A DNA stretch of 32,000 bases. Origin: Candidatus Nanohalobium constans. GTDB taxonomy: Archaea > Nanohalarchaeota > Nanosalinia > Nanosalinales > Nanosalinaceae. The number at the start of each line of letters is the position of its first letter. The first letter of the stretch is position 1. Location of the stretch: contig NZ_CP040089.1 of NCBI RefSeq assembly GCF_009617975.1, forward strand, positions 630,001-662,000. Reading direction: 5' to 3'. The position numbers and the translations under genes were made by a program. Under the pieces are notes generated by a model. It ran no database searches, was not told where the DNA came from, and saw nothing but the letters and a program-made list of their open reading frames with translations. Shown here piece after piece: positions 1 through 8,436 of this stretch.

Positions 1-1292
1 ACATCTCCGAAAACATAGTCTATGTTTCGTTCTTTCAGTCCGTCTATTTTTTCTGGATCGTATTCAATGACAACCGGTTTCTCTTCAAGACCTTCGACAA
101 TTTTCTTGCCTTGTACATCATATCCTATGAGGATGATGTGGTTTTCCGGTTCGTCGACGGTTGACTCCATTCCGTCTGGTGTGGCGAAGAGGTTGGAGAA
201 TATTTTGTACAGTTTTTGCTGGTTTCTGCTGGTGTAAGCCGATAATGTCATCGTTGCTGCAGTAGCTACTACCACTGATTGAAGGAGACCTATCTGTATG
301 AGTTCAAGCAGGTATGCCTGTATCGCGATGATTACTGCGAACTCGCTTACCTGATCCAGTCCAAGACCTGTTAGGAATGCTACCCTGCTGTTCTCTTCTA
401 CCGTACGCAAAGCAGTATAAATCACGAAAGGATTAACAACTAGGGTAAACGCTGTTATTGCCGCAGCCGTGATGAATACTTGGGTGTCTGCGGTTGCCGC
501 TATTGCTCCGATGGATACGAACAGTATTGCTGTGAAGAAGTCTTTGAGAGTTCCAACTGTGTCGATTATCTCCAGGCTGTAAGGGTATTTTGAAAGAGCT
601 AGACCTGCTGCGAACGCTCCGACGACGGTTGGAATTTCCAGTATATAGGAGATTCCTACGAATCCTGCGAGCGTTCCAAGTGAGAAAACCATTATTGTCT
701 CTGTTGAGTCTTTGAAGCTTTTCGCGAAAACTGTAAATCCTTTTTTAAAGCTGTAAGACAGGATCAACAGGACTAAACCGTAGGTTACGGCGTGTAAAGG
801 AGTTACTGAGAAGATCAGAAGTATCAGTATTACAGCTGCCAGATCTTGAAGGAGTTGAACTGTTTCAATTAGTCTGCTGTGCACCAGTTCTTTTCTTAAG
901 TCGTCGCTGATAAGCTCTAATCCAACTAGGGAAGATGATAGGGCTGATGCAGATACAAATACTGCTATTTCAATCCCTCTTAGCTGTAGTAGAAGTGCTG
1001 TGGGCAGTGCTAGGGTCGTTGTCATGACTATGGATACGACGGCGGCTAGTCCTCCGTTTCTTGCGACTGATTGAAGTTTGCGTGTGCTGAACTTTACACC
1101 ATAGATGAAAACCAGGAATGCTATGCCCACTCTTGATAGGTCAAGCACCTGATTTAGTTCCATGAAATTGGTTAAGAATAGCCCTGATAGTATATAGAGC
1201 GGTACAGCTGGTTGGTCTAGTTCTCTGGAAATCAGCAGTGCTGTTGCTGCTGCCGTGAAGATAAGTGTAAGTGTAAACAGTATTTCGCTCAT
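1..1292 (-). CDS. CPA2-family (Kef-type) monovalent cation/H+ antiporter with C-terminal RCK/TrkA-N domain; partial, 3' end runs off the window
   Basis: Not in the supplied ORF track because it is open at the window edge. My own minus-strand translation from the ATG at 1292-1290 is stop-free down to position 1. It reads MSEILFTLTLIFTAAATALLISRELDQPAVPLYILSGLFL..., continues through many hydrophobic segments, and ends ...ENHIILIGYDVQGKKIVEGLEEKPVVIEYDPEKIDGLKERNIDYVFGD (Rossmann-like RCK start). It has the same architecture as 1289..2953. Its ATG overlaps that gene's TGA (ATGA). Confidence 0.75.
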   Translation of the reverse strand, partial: MSEILFTLTLIFTAAATALLISRELDQPAVPLYILSGLFLTNFMELNQVLDLSRVGIAFLVFIYGVKFSTRKLQSVARNGGLAAVVSIVMTTTLALPTALLLQLRGIEIAVFVSASALSSSLVGLELISDDLRKELVHSRLIETVQLLQDLAAVILILLIFSVTPLHAVTYGLVLLILSYSFKKGFTVFAKSFKDSTETIMVFSLGTLAGFVGISYILEIPTVVGAFAAGLALSKYPYSLEIIDTVGTLKDFFTAILFVSIGAIAATADTQVFITAAAITAFTLVVNPFVIYTALRTVEENSRVAFLTGLGLDQVSEFAVIIAIQAYLLELIQIGLLQSVVVATAATMTLSAYTSRNQQKLYKIFSNLFATPDGMESTVDEPENHIILIGYDVQGKKIVEGLEEKPVVIEYDPEKIDGLKERNIDYVFGD

Positions 1293-2953
1293 CTTGATTG
1301 CCACTTGATTTTTTCTTTTTCAGCTTTTATTTCCTGTTTGAATAGCTCCGGTTCTTCCCTGTAAAGGTTGAGGTAGTCGAGCAGTTGCTCTGCCGTCAAC
1401 TCGTTCCTGCGTATCACATAATGTGCGCCGAGTTCGTACAGCTCCAGGGCTTCTTCCAAGCTTTCAGCCCTTAAGAAGACTGTGGCATCAGTTACATCGT
1501 CAAGCACTTGAAGGTTTACCTCGTGCTGACCGGACACCGAGACGACGAGCTCAGCGCTTTGAAGCCTGGAAGAGTTTCTTATCTCACCATGCCGGAAATC
1601 ACCGTAGATATACTCAAAGCTTGAGCCGCTCAGTTCATCTATATTGTTGGAGTCAGAGTCAATAACAAGTATATCGTCAAAGCTTTCTTCCAGAGTTGTA
1701 ACTATTCCACGGGATATTGCATCGTAGCCTACGATAACCGCATGATCTTCTAATCGACTGATATCTACATCATTCTTTTCCTCTGACTTGAATCCTTCAA
1801 GCAAGTGTTCAAACCTGGAATGAAGAGAGGTATTGAAGTTTATGAGGTACGAGGATACTGTCATGGTTGTTATGGCTGTGAGGCTGGCAAAGCCGACGAA
1901 CTCTGTGGAAATCATTTGTTTGGATGCGGCTAGCGTTGCTAGGACAATTGAGAACTCGCTGATTTGTGCCATGTTTATGCTGGATAGGAATGAGGTTTCA
2001 GGTGAGAACTTGGAGTAATCTGTAAGCAGAAAGCCTGAGAAGAACTTAAGTGGGATAACCAGCAGTGATACTATGATTGCTTCCATCCAGTACATTGCTA
2101 TGGCGTCTTGTGTAAGCTTGAGTCCTACTCCTATGAAGAAGACTGCCATGAATACATCTGTGAGCGGTCTGATTCTTTCCATAACCTCTTCACTGATCTT
2201 TAGCCTTCCCAAGCCGATTCCTGCAAGAAATGAGCCGATCTCAACCGACAGGTTTAGGAACTGAGAGACCTGGATAAAAATGAAGAGCCAGGCAACTGCA
2301 TAGATCAGGAATCCGTGTTTCTCCTCAGCAAACGAATTAAATAGTCTTGAAAGAAGATACTTAGACGATATTACAGATACGACAGCTGTTAAAAGTATAA
2401 ATACAATCGTTTCACTTATTTTAAATCCTAGGGCAGTGAAGCTGTTGGCTGAAGTGTTTAAAGCGGCTAGACCTAGGACAACAACTATGTCTTGAAGTAA
2501 GAGTATGCTTACATCCAGCCTTCCTGGTAGAGAAGTTATCTGGTCTTTGTCGGAAAGCATTTTTACTACTACTGCCGTTGAGGAGAACATCAGGAATACT
2601 CCTGTGAATGCTGCCTGGACAGTTGTAAAGCCAAGCAGGTTTCCTATTATGAAGCCTGATATAAACATGAAGACCATTTGAAGACCTCCTATTAGAAGTG
2701 TAGGACCTATAATTTCCTTTACATCCTCAACATCGATTTCCAAGCCGATCAGGAACAGTAGGAATGCAAGACCGAGTTCTGAGAACAGTTTGATGGCTTC
2801 GCTGTGTGAAGTTACTCCGAATACCGCTGGTCCTAGAACCAGTCCTGTTAAAATGTATGCGATTACCGTGGGCTGTCTGAGCTTGTGGAAGATTATGGCT
2901 AGGGCTGCTGCTGAAACCACTGCTAACGCCGCTGCCTGTACTCCTACAACCAT
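1289..2953 (-). CDS. CPA2-family (Kef-type) K+/H+ antiporter with C-terminal RCK/TrkA-N domain
   Basis: The 554-aa product has a polytopic N-terminal part (ILTGLVLGPAVFG, ELGLAFLLFLIGLEID) typical of the Na_H_Exchanger/CPA2 family. The C-terminal part (HAVIVGYDAISRGIVTTLEE..VIDSD) is an RCK fold. Its start overlaps the Sua5 stop. Confidence 0.85.
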   Translation of the reverse strand: MVVGVQAAALAVVSAAALAIIFHKLRQPTVIAYILTGLVLGPAVFGVTSHSEAIKLFSELGLAFLLFLIGLEIDVEDVKEIIGPTLLIGGLQMVFMFISGFIIGNLLGFTTVQAAFTGVFLMFSSTAVVVKMLSDKDQITSLPGRLDVSILLLQDIVVVLGLAALNTSANSFTALGFKISETIVFILLTAVVSVISSKYLLSRLFNSFAEEKHGFLIYAVAWLFIFIQVSQFLNLSVEIGSFLAGIGLGRLKISEEVMERIRPLTDVFMAVFFIGVGLKLTQDAIAMYWMEAIIVSLLVIPLKFFSGFLLTDYSKFSPETSFLSSINMAQISEFSIVLATLAASKQMISTEFVGFASLTAITTMTVSSYLINFNTSLHSRFEHLLEGFKSEEKNDVDISRLEDHAVIVGYDAISRGIVTTLEESFDDILVIDSDSNNIDELSGSSFEYIYGDFRHGEIRNSSRLQSAELVVSVSGQHEVNLQVLDDVTDATVFLRAESLEEALELYELGAHYVIRRNELTAEQLLDYLNLYREEPELFKQEIKAEKEKIKWQSR

Positions 2954-3525
2954 TACTTCAACACTTCTTGGAGGTCCTCTTCAGAGATCGGTCCCCTACG
3001 ATGAAGTACGGCTTCTCCGTTATTAACTTCTGCGATAGTCGAAGTAGGACCATCACTCAACTTACCTTCATCAACCACGAAATCAACCTTCTCCAGTAAT
3101 TCATCAGAGATATCATCAACGCTGTAAGAAGTACTTTCGCCCGAGATGTTTGCAGAGGTAGCAGTTATAGGTCCTTCTTCAGCCAGTTTTCGAGCAGTTT
3201 CACTGCCTGGAATACGGAAGACAAAACTTTCATTCAAGTTATCTGGCACATGACTCTTTTTCTCTACGACTAAAGTTAGTGGTCCTGGCATAAACTCCTC
3301 AATCAATTTTCTTTCATCTTCAGTCAAATTAGCATGTTCTTCAACCTGCTCCAAGTCACAGCAGATAGTTGTCAAAGGCTTAGACTTCGGTCTCTGCTTC
3401 GCTTCGTATACTTTCTCCACTGATTCTTGATTTAATGCGTCTGCTGCGATTCCATACGCTGTCTCGGTTGGATAGACTCCGATTTTGCCTTCATCTAATC
3501 TTCCTCGGTATTCCTGGAGATTCAT
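2953..3525 (-). CDS. tsaC: YrdC/Sua5-domain threonylcarbamoyl-AMP synthase (short TsaC-type, t6A pathway)
   Basis: The 190-aa product carries the motifs YPTETAYGIAADA, KQRPKSKPL, GPLTLV and ATSANISG that are typical of YrdC/Sua5. It has no C-terminal SUA5 domain. Confidence 0.85.
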   Translation of the reverse strand: MNLQEYRGRLDEGKIGVYPTETAYGIAADALNQESVEKVYEAKQRPKSKPLTTICCDLEQVEEHANLTEDERKLIEEFMPGPLTLVVEKKSHVPDNLNESFVFRIPGSETARKLAEEGPITATSANISGESTSYSVDDISDELLEKVDFVVDEGKLSDGPTSTIAEVNNGEAVLHRRGPISEEDLQEVLK

Positions 3526-3599
3526 ACTTAATTTACCCTCTCTTCACAGTCAAGGTTTTCGCAGCTAAAATCTAAAAATGGTTCCTGACCCGGGTAAGA

Positions 3600-4139
3600 T
3601 TATGTCGTGCTTGAATTGACTACTCCCATTTCATATGCTGTGCCGTTGATTATGCTGTAGTAAGTGATCATAGCATCCCTACCGCGATACTTACTGTTCA
3701 GAAATATTCTTCCTTTCTCTAAACCGATATGCCCATCCCCGTCTGAATCCGTACCATCACTGATTATAGCTACTTTTTCACCTTCCGTCACCGGAAAATC
3801 CACGATTCCAGAATCGGATAAACCTAGAAATGATTCCTCCGCCCAGACACTTGTTTTCTTAGTCTTTCCACCGGCTTTCAAAGTATAATTCTCATCTTCA
3901 AATTCCTTGGTAAAGAACAATTTGCTGCTTTTAGATGTGAATTTTCCATCAACTACCTCATACACCAGCGTTTCATTCCCTTCATAGTACCTAGCATCTA
4001 CCTCAGGCTCTTCAACAGGTTCAGGACCATAATCAACTTCTTTTGGTAAGGAAAAAAGCAGAACTACCAGTAATAAAAGAGGTAAGAAGCCTATTAGGAT
4101 AACTTTTTTAAATTTCATTTGGATTGAAAAATCCTCCAT
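3600..4139 (-). CDS. hypothetical membrane-anchored or secreted acidic protein
   Basis: An N-terminal hydrophobic anchor (MKFKKVILIGFLPLLLLVVLLFSL) suggests the real start may be the ATG at 4118. There is a DSDGDGH calcium-binding-like motif. I recognised no family. Confidence 0.5.
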   Translation of the reverse strand: MEDFSIQMKFKKVILIGFLPLLLLVVLLFSLPKEVDYGPEPVEEPEVDARYYEGNETLVYEVVDGKFTSKSSKLFFTKEFEDENYTLKAGGKTKKTSVWAEESFLGLSDSGIVDFPVTEGEKVAIISDGTDSDGDGHIGLEKGRIFLNSKYRGRDAMITYYSIINGTAYEMGVVNSSTT

Positions 4140-4327
4140 ACTCGTCCTCCATAGTTTCTGCAGTGGTACCTCTGGTTAACTCAGTAATCCCTCCAGCAGA
4201 TTTTTCAAGAAAGTCACGCCTACCTAAAGAATTGCCGTCAACCATAGTATCTCACGCCCTCTACTTTTCTATACAAGTTTAAGACCCTTTCTAAACCTAT
4301 AACTAGTTTCTTAATAGCTTAAAACTA

Positions 4328-5302
4328 CTAAATCCAATCAACTTCGACTTGATCTGGACGCCAACCCGGCTTAACACCTGAATACGTCAAATCAAGCCCT
4401 TTATCACCATTTTTCAATTGAATTAATCCTTGGTGGGCAATCATCGCACCGTTATCCATGCAGTATGCTGGCGGCGGGAAGTATGCTTCTGCATCTCTCT
4501 GTTCACACATCTTTTCCACCATTTCACGCAGTCTAGAGTTCATTGCGACTCCTCCTGTAAGAAGTGCTTCTTTCGAACCGCTCTGACTCATCGCTCTTTC
4601 CAGTGCCTCTACTACAGCTGCATAGGCATGTTCCTGGAAGCTGTTGCAGAGAACCGGTTCTTCGACATCTCCAATCTTTCTCTGAGTTTCCGTGACTAAT
4701 CCAGAGAAGGAGAAGTCCATTCCCTTGATAGGATAGCTTAATTCGATTATTTCATCAGTTTTACCTGCCTGATTCTCTATTTCCGGTCCTCCAGGATGTG
4801 GATAACCCAAGTCACGAGCCAGTTTGTCTAGTGCGTTTCCCAGTGCGATGTCCTGTGTTTCTCCGATCACTCGGTATCGCCCAGATCTGTATTCTATTAT
4901 CTGACTGTTTCCTCCGGAGACATAGAGAGTGGTAGGGTCCTCCGCATTAGTGGTTCGAGTGCCGATGGAGATATGTGATAAGCAGTGGTTGACTCCTAGA
5001 AGAGGGATGTCGTGTTTCTCAGCCAGGCTTCTTGCCACGACTGCCCCAACATCCAAGCACTGAGGAATACCCGGGCCTTGAGAAAAAGCAATCGCATCAA
5101 GTTCATCAAAATCAGCGCTTTTCTGTTTCGCCTCATTCAACTTCTCCAAAGCATGCTGATAATGATGCTCAGCCGCCTTACGAGGGTGAATACCGCCCTC
5201 ATCCGGCTCAAACATCGACTTCACACTACACAGCACTTCGTCTTCACTGACTACTCCAACTCCAAATGTATGTGCAGTGCTTTCAATTCCAAGAACTTTC
5301 AT
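4328..5302 (-). CDS. kae1: Kae1 (tRNA N6-adenosine threonylcarbamoyltransferase), not fused to Bud32
   Basis: Motifs LGIESTAHTFGVGVV, GVNHCLSHI (metal-binding His pair), YVSGGNSQ, TGGVAMNSRLREM and CMDNGAMIA match the Kae1/TsaD family. Confidence 0.95.
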   Translation of the reverse strand: MKVLGIESTAHTFGVGVVSEDEVLCSVKSMFEPDEGGIHPRKAAEHHYQHALEKLNEAKQKSADFDELDAIAFSQGPGIPQCLDVGAVVARSLAEKHDIPLLGVNHCLSHISIGTRTTNAEDPTTLYVSGGNSQIIEYRSGRYRVIGETQDIALGNALDKLARDLGYPHPGGPEIENQAGKTDEIIELSYPIKGMDFSFSGLVTETQRKIGDVEEPVLCNSFQEHAYAAVVEALERAMSQSGSKEALLTGGVAMNSRLREMVEKMCEQRDAEAYFPPPAYCMDNGAMIAHQGLIQLKNGDKGLDLTYSGVKPGWRPDQVEVDWI

Positions 5303-5328
5303 ATCAAATAAATTAGAAGAAAGAGTTT

Positions 5329-5880
5329 TCAGTACTTTCTCTCAATGAATTCCTTAAGCTGAATAAGAGCTTCCTCCCTGTGAGAATTTTCATCCTTGAA
5401 CTCTGGATCTTCGCCCCAGGTCTTATCATTTCCTTCTGGCAGGAACAACGGATCGTAACCGAACCCTCCTTCACCTCTTGGTTCAACAATTTCTCCTTCA
5501 ACCTTGCCAGTGAAAACCCGATCTTCACCATCAGGAACATGCAGCGCTATAGCCGCTCTGAACTTGGCATCAGCACCTGGATCAACTAAGTCGAGTAATC
5601 TTTCCTTTCCGACCATACTGTCGAAAGGAGAGCTTAAAGGACCTGGAAACCCATTCAAAGAATCCACAAAGAGACCCGAGTCATCAGCGATAAGAAAAGT
5701 ACTATCCTCAAGATCCGACTTTTCAACAACCTGCTTCACCTTAGAAAGAGCAATTTCCTCGATTGAACCGGACTGAGGCTCCACAGTTTCAACATCTAAC
5801 TGTTCAACTTCACATTCAGAAAGAATATTTTGTGCATGCTCAACCTTACCAGAGTTACCGGTAGCGAAGTATATTTTCAT
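5329..5880 (-). CDS. non-canonical purine NTP pyrophosphatase (HAM1/RdgB/ITPase family)
   Basis: Motifs KIYFATGNSGK, ADDSGLFVDSLNGFPGP and GFGYDPLF. The ORF-track start at 5895 is a TTG codon. The ATG at 5880 gives the canonical N-terminus MKIYFATGN. Confidence 0.9.
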   Translation of the reverse strand: MKIYFATGNSGKVEHAQNILSECEVEQLDVETVEPQSGSIEEIALSKVKQVVEKSDLEDSTFLIADDSGLFVDSLNGFPGPLSSPFDSMVGKERLLDLVDPGADAKFRAAIALHVPDGEDRVFTGKVEGEIVEPRGEGGFGYDPLFLPEGNDKTWGEDPEFKDENSHREEALIQLKEFIERKY

Positions 5881-5913
5881 GTAGAGAAACTGCAAGAGAA
5901 AAAAGTAGTTAGT

Positions 5914-6063
5914 TTAGGAGTGTTTTGTGTAGCCGCATTTGCCGCAGCTCATGCGGTCTTCGTGGTCTGCTAGGAATGATCCACATCTTGGGCACTTCTC
6001 TCCCTGTGAGTTCCCTTCTTCATCGTATTTCTCGTGAATCTGAACTTTCTCATGTTTTCCCAT
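5914..6063 (-). CDS. rps27ae: ribosomal protein S27ae (eS31), zinc-ribbon
   Basis: Not in the ORF track because it is shorter than 60 aa. My translation is [49 protein letters not shown]. It has a CxxC..CxxC ribbon and sits directly downstream of S24e, as in most archaea. Confidence 0.85.
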   Translation of the reverse strand: MGKHEKVQIHEKYDEEGNSQGEKCPRCGSFLADHEDRMSCGKCGYTKHS

Positions 6064-6070
6064 TATTGGT

Positions 6071-6502
6071 TCACCTCTGGTTCTCTAACCAGTCAATTAG
6101 TGTTGTACGGTTTTTATCTTGTTTCTCTGCTTCGATTGCGGCTTTCCAGTCGACTTCTTCCATTGCCTGAAGTGTTTCCTTGGCTTCTGTGATTGTTCCT
6201 GCTACTGCGTCTGCCAGGTCTTGTGTGACTTCGACTTCTTCCTCGATTGTTTCTTCCTGTAGTTCTTCATCGTACTCGAACTCTTGGAAGATTTTGAGTG
6301 TGGCTGTGGAATTGTTTTTACCATAGCCTGTGTAAATCGAGTCTACATTGATTTCTTCTTCGTTCAGGTTGTTTTCTGCTGCTACACGGTTTTTGACATC
6401 TTCTTTGGAAGGAGTTTCTTCTCCTTCATGGTTTACTTTGACTTCTGCTTCTCTGCGATCGAGAAGTGGATTCTCCTTAACTGATGTTAGTTGAACTTCC
6501 AT
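6071..6502 (-). CDS. rps24e: ribosomal protein S24e (eS24) with an unusual C-terminal extension of about 60 aa
   Basis: The sequence [41 protein letters not shown] matches the S24e core. The ORF-track start at 6511 is GTG. The ATG at 6502 gives the canonical N-terminus. After about residue 85 the protein continues with an acidic linker and a helical module. Confidence 0.9.
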   Translation of the reverse strand: MEVQLTSVKENPLLDRREAEVKVNHEGEETPSKEDVKNRVAAENNLNEEEINVDSIYTGYGKNNSTATLKIFQEFEYDEELQEETIEEEVEVTQDLADAVAGTITEAKETLQAMEEVDWKAAIEAEKQDKNRTTLIDWLENQR

Positions 6503-6516
6503 AGTATTCACTTTTT

Positions 6517-6705
6517 TTATTTGACTCTGACAGCGTATCTGCCAGGTGTTGAGATACCGATTTTATCTGCGATTTCAGAATCTTCCGGGTCGTAGATTAC
6601 GACTAGTCCGCTCCAAGAGTCGGATAGGTCGTTGTTTCTGCATACAGGACATTCTGACTCATCCTCTACAATCCTGTTGCAGTCTCTGCATGCTTTCTCA
6701 GCCAT
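6517..6705 (-). CDS. spt4: transcription elongation factor Spt4 (RpoE'')
   Basis: A 62-aa zinc ribbon (CRDCNRIV...CPVCRNN) followed by SWSGLVVIYDPEDSEIA. Its position directly after Rpo7 is canonical. Confidence 0.9.
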   Translation of the reverse strand: MAEKACRDCNRIVEDESECPVCRNNDLSDSWSGLVVIYDPEDSEIADKIGISTPGRYAVRVK

Positions 6706-6708
6706 GAA

Positions 6709-7290
6709 TTACTCTTCCTCTTCTTCGTCTTCTTGTTCTTGTTCGGCTTTTTCTTCTTCGTACATTTCGATCCATTCTTCTTTACCGAGTCCTGGCTGAC
6801 GCATCGTCAGGTTAATCTTATTAGTATCTTTCTTACCAAGAGAAACTGCGATAATTCTTGTTGTAAGTGTGTCACCGACTTCCAATGCTCTGTCCTGATC
6901 TTCTGAGATAAGCATTTGAGCATCTTCGTCCAGGTTGACATATTCATCCATTACCTGTGAAACATGGCATAGACCGTCGAATGGCCCGATACGGATGAAT
7001 GCTCCGAAATCTGTAATATCAACTACTTCACCAGTAACCACTTCATGCAGTTCTGGATCGTAGACAATTGCTTCGTATTCTACCTGGTAGTGAACCCCTG
7101 CGTCTTCAGGCTCGATATCGCCGCCTTCAACACTGTTCACATCCTCGACACCGATAACAACGCCGACATCCTCAACGATGTCACCTTCAACCTCTTCTCT
7201 AAGGCCATCTCTGACGCTGTCTGAAACATTTTCACCAAGATGCTGCGGTGGAACACGGACGGAATCCTGAATTGTTAATCTTTTGTACAT
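6709..7290 (-). CDS. rpo7: DNA-directed RNA polymerase subunit Rpo7 (RpoE') with poly-Glu C-terminal tail
   Basis: The N-terminus is MYKRLTIQDSVRVPPQHLG. An S1 domain is present (GEVVDITDFGAFIRIGPFDGLCHVSQV). The protein ends ...EEEKAEQEQEDEEEEE. Confidence 0.9.
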   Translation of the reverse strand: MYKRLTIQDSVRVPPQHLGENVSDSVRDGLREEVEGDIVEDVGVVIGVEDVNSVEGGDIEPEDAGVHYQVEYEAIVYDPELHEVVTGEVVDITDFGAFIRIGPFDGLCHVSQVMDEYVNLDEDAQMLISEDQDRALEVGDTLTTRIIAVSLGKKDTNKINLTMRQPGLGKEEWIEMYEEEKAEQEQEDEEEEE

Positions 7291-7336
7291 ACAGTTCCTC
7301 TACCTCTACAAGACAAAACTGAAATCGAAGACAAGC

Positions 7337-7342
7337 TTTAAA
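7337..7342. promoter_or_regulatory. palindromic TTTAAA TATA-like box upstream of rpo7
   Basis: It lies 47-52 nt upstream of the rpo7 ATG. A GAGGTAGAGGA Shine-Dalgarno-like run lies between them. Confidence 0.25.
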
Positions 7343-7413
7343 TGGCATTCCCACTCAACAAGAGTTTCACAGTTACCAAAAATAAGATGAGAGTTTCGTG
7401 ATAAACTGGCAAT

Positions 7414-8436
7414 ATGCCAAACTTTGCGGATTCTCTAAGAGAATTTTTCTTGGTGATAGCCAGCTCAGAGACAGAAATAAAAGAAAATAGCCTTCTGAAA
7501 AATCGTCTTGAAAAACTTGAGGAAATTTCGTCAGAACAGGAAATCGGATTTGATGCCTCTGAGGCACTTTTGAAATCTACTTTAGATGCAACATGTCTCA
7601 GCATTCTAAGCGGCAATATAGAGAAAAAGCCAACAGAATCAGAACTAACAATCGATGAAATCACAAATATTGGAGAAGAAAGCGACAGAAAAGAGGGATT
7701 AAACAGCGTAAGCCCCAGCAAGTCTAGGTCCTGGCTTTTCGAAAGCAGAGTTAGAGCGTGGTATGGAAATCATTTGAACCAAACTTTTCCTGACTTGACA
7801 CAAGAGTGCAATCACGAAAGCGTCTGTGAATTTATAATCAAGGAAGAAGATAAGGAAACTCAACTTGTCGAATGCAAGAGATTCAATTCTATAGTGGATT
7901 TAGAAGATGAAGAAATCGAAAGAAAATTCGAGACTCATTACAGCAAGGCATCGGGAAAACAGTTTCCCAGTACTGAAAATCTAGAGGATATCAAAAAATG
8001 TGAAAGGCACCTCTTAATCGGAATCACAGACTACTCCTCTGAAAAGAGAAAAATCACCGGTAACGGAACAGAATACGAAGTCGAAGGATGTAAGGAAGAA
8101 GACATTGAGCAAGTCAAGAAAGTAATAAAGTCAAACTACGAAGATTTCGATGTAGATCAAATCACTCTAGTTTGGACCACACTCTACAAAGACAAGGGAA
8201 AAGTAAAAGGAATAGCAGAGAGAACTGAAACAATAATCTCAAGTCCTGATGTAATAGACTACGAGGGATGGAATCTATTTGGCCATAAGGACTTTACAGG
8301 TGATGCATCTTTCGGAAGACTACTGTGTCATCATCAAGCAAAAAGCGATAACTGGATGATTGACGGATTAGATGCAGATAATCAAGTACTTTTCAGCCAG
8401 CAACCTGCGGAAAAAACAGGAAAATCTCAAGACTAG
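7414..8436 (+). CDS. hypothetical protein; possible PD-(D/E)xK nuclease-fold core
   Basis: A 340-aa ORF with an ATG start, on the opposite strand to the ribosomal/transcription string. Residues about 105-160 read WLFESRVRAWY...ESVCEFIIKEEDKETQLVECKRF. This is an E ... (D/E) ... ExK pattern like restriction-endonuclease-fold proteins. The gene is visibly more A-rich than its neighbours. The functional call is weak. Confidence 0.5.
   Translation: MPNFADSLREFFLVIASSETEIKENSLLKNRLEKLEEISSEQEIGFDASEALLKSTLDATCLSILSGNIEKKPTESELTIDEITNIGEESDRKEGLNSVSPSKSRSWLFESRVRAWYGNHLNQTFPDLTQECNHESVCEFIIKEEDKETQLVECKRFNSIVDLEDEEIERKFETHYSKASGKQFPSTENLEDIKKCERHLLIGITDYSSEKRKITGNGTEYEVEGCKEEDIEQVKKVIKSNYEDFDVDQITLVWTTLYKDKGKVKGIAERTETIISSPDVIDYEGWNLFGHKDFTGDASFGRLLCHHQAKSDNWMIDGLDADNQVLFSQQPAEKTGKSQD

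Noticed and set aside
22-237. A 71-aa plus-strand ORF at the window start
   Set aside because: It is antisense to the RCK-domain part of the partial Kef-type CDS (1..1292). That CDS has a convincing membrane-plus-RCK translation.
4108-4245. An unlisted 45-codon minus-strand ORF (MVDGNSLGRRDFLEKSAGGITELTRGTTAETMEDEYGGFFNPNEI) with a twin-arginine-like RRDFLEK motif, overlapping the start of 3600..4139
   Set aside because: The RR motif is tempting in a halophile as a Tat signal. However, no hydrophobic h-region follows it. Even with a +1 shift into the downstream ORF, the TM segment would lie about 40 residues from the RR, which is too far for a Tat signal. It may still be a real micro-ORF, but I cannot support that.
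7338-7721. Minus-strand ORFs 7338..7721 and 7373..7567
   Set aside because: They overlap the 5' part of the plus-strand 340-aa ORF and the promoter region. Their products are S/F/L-rich. The longer plus-strand ORF has an ATG start and a more protein-like composition.
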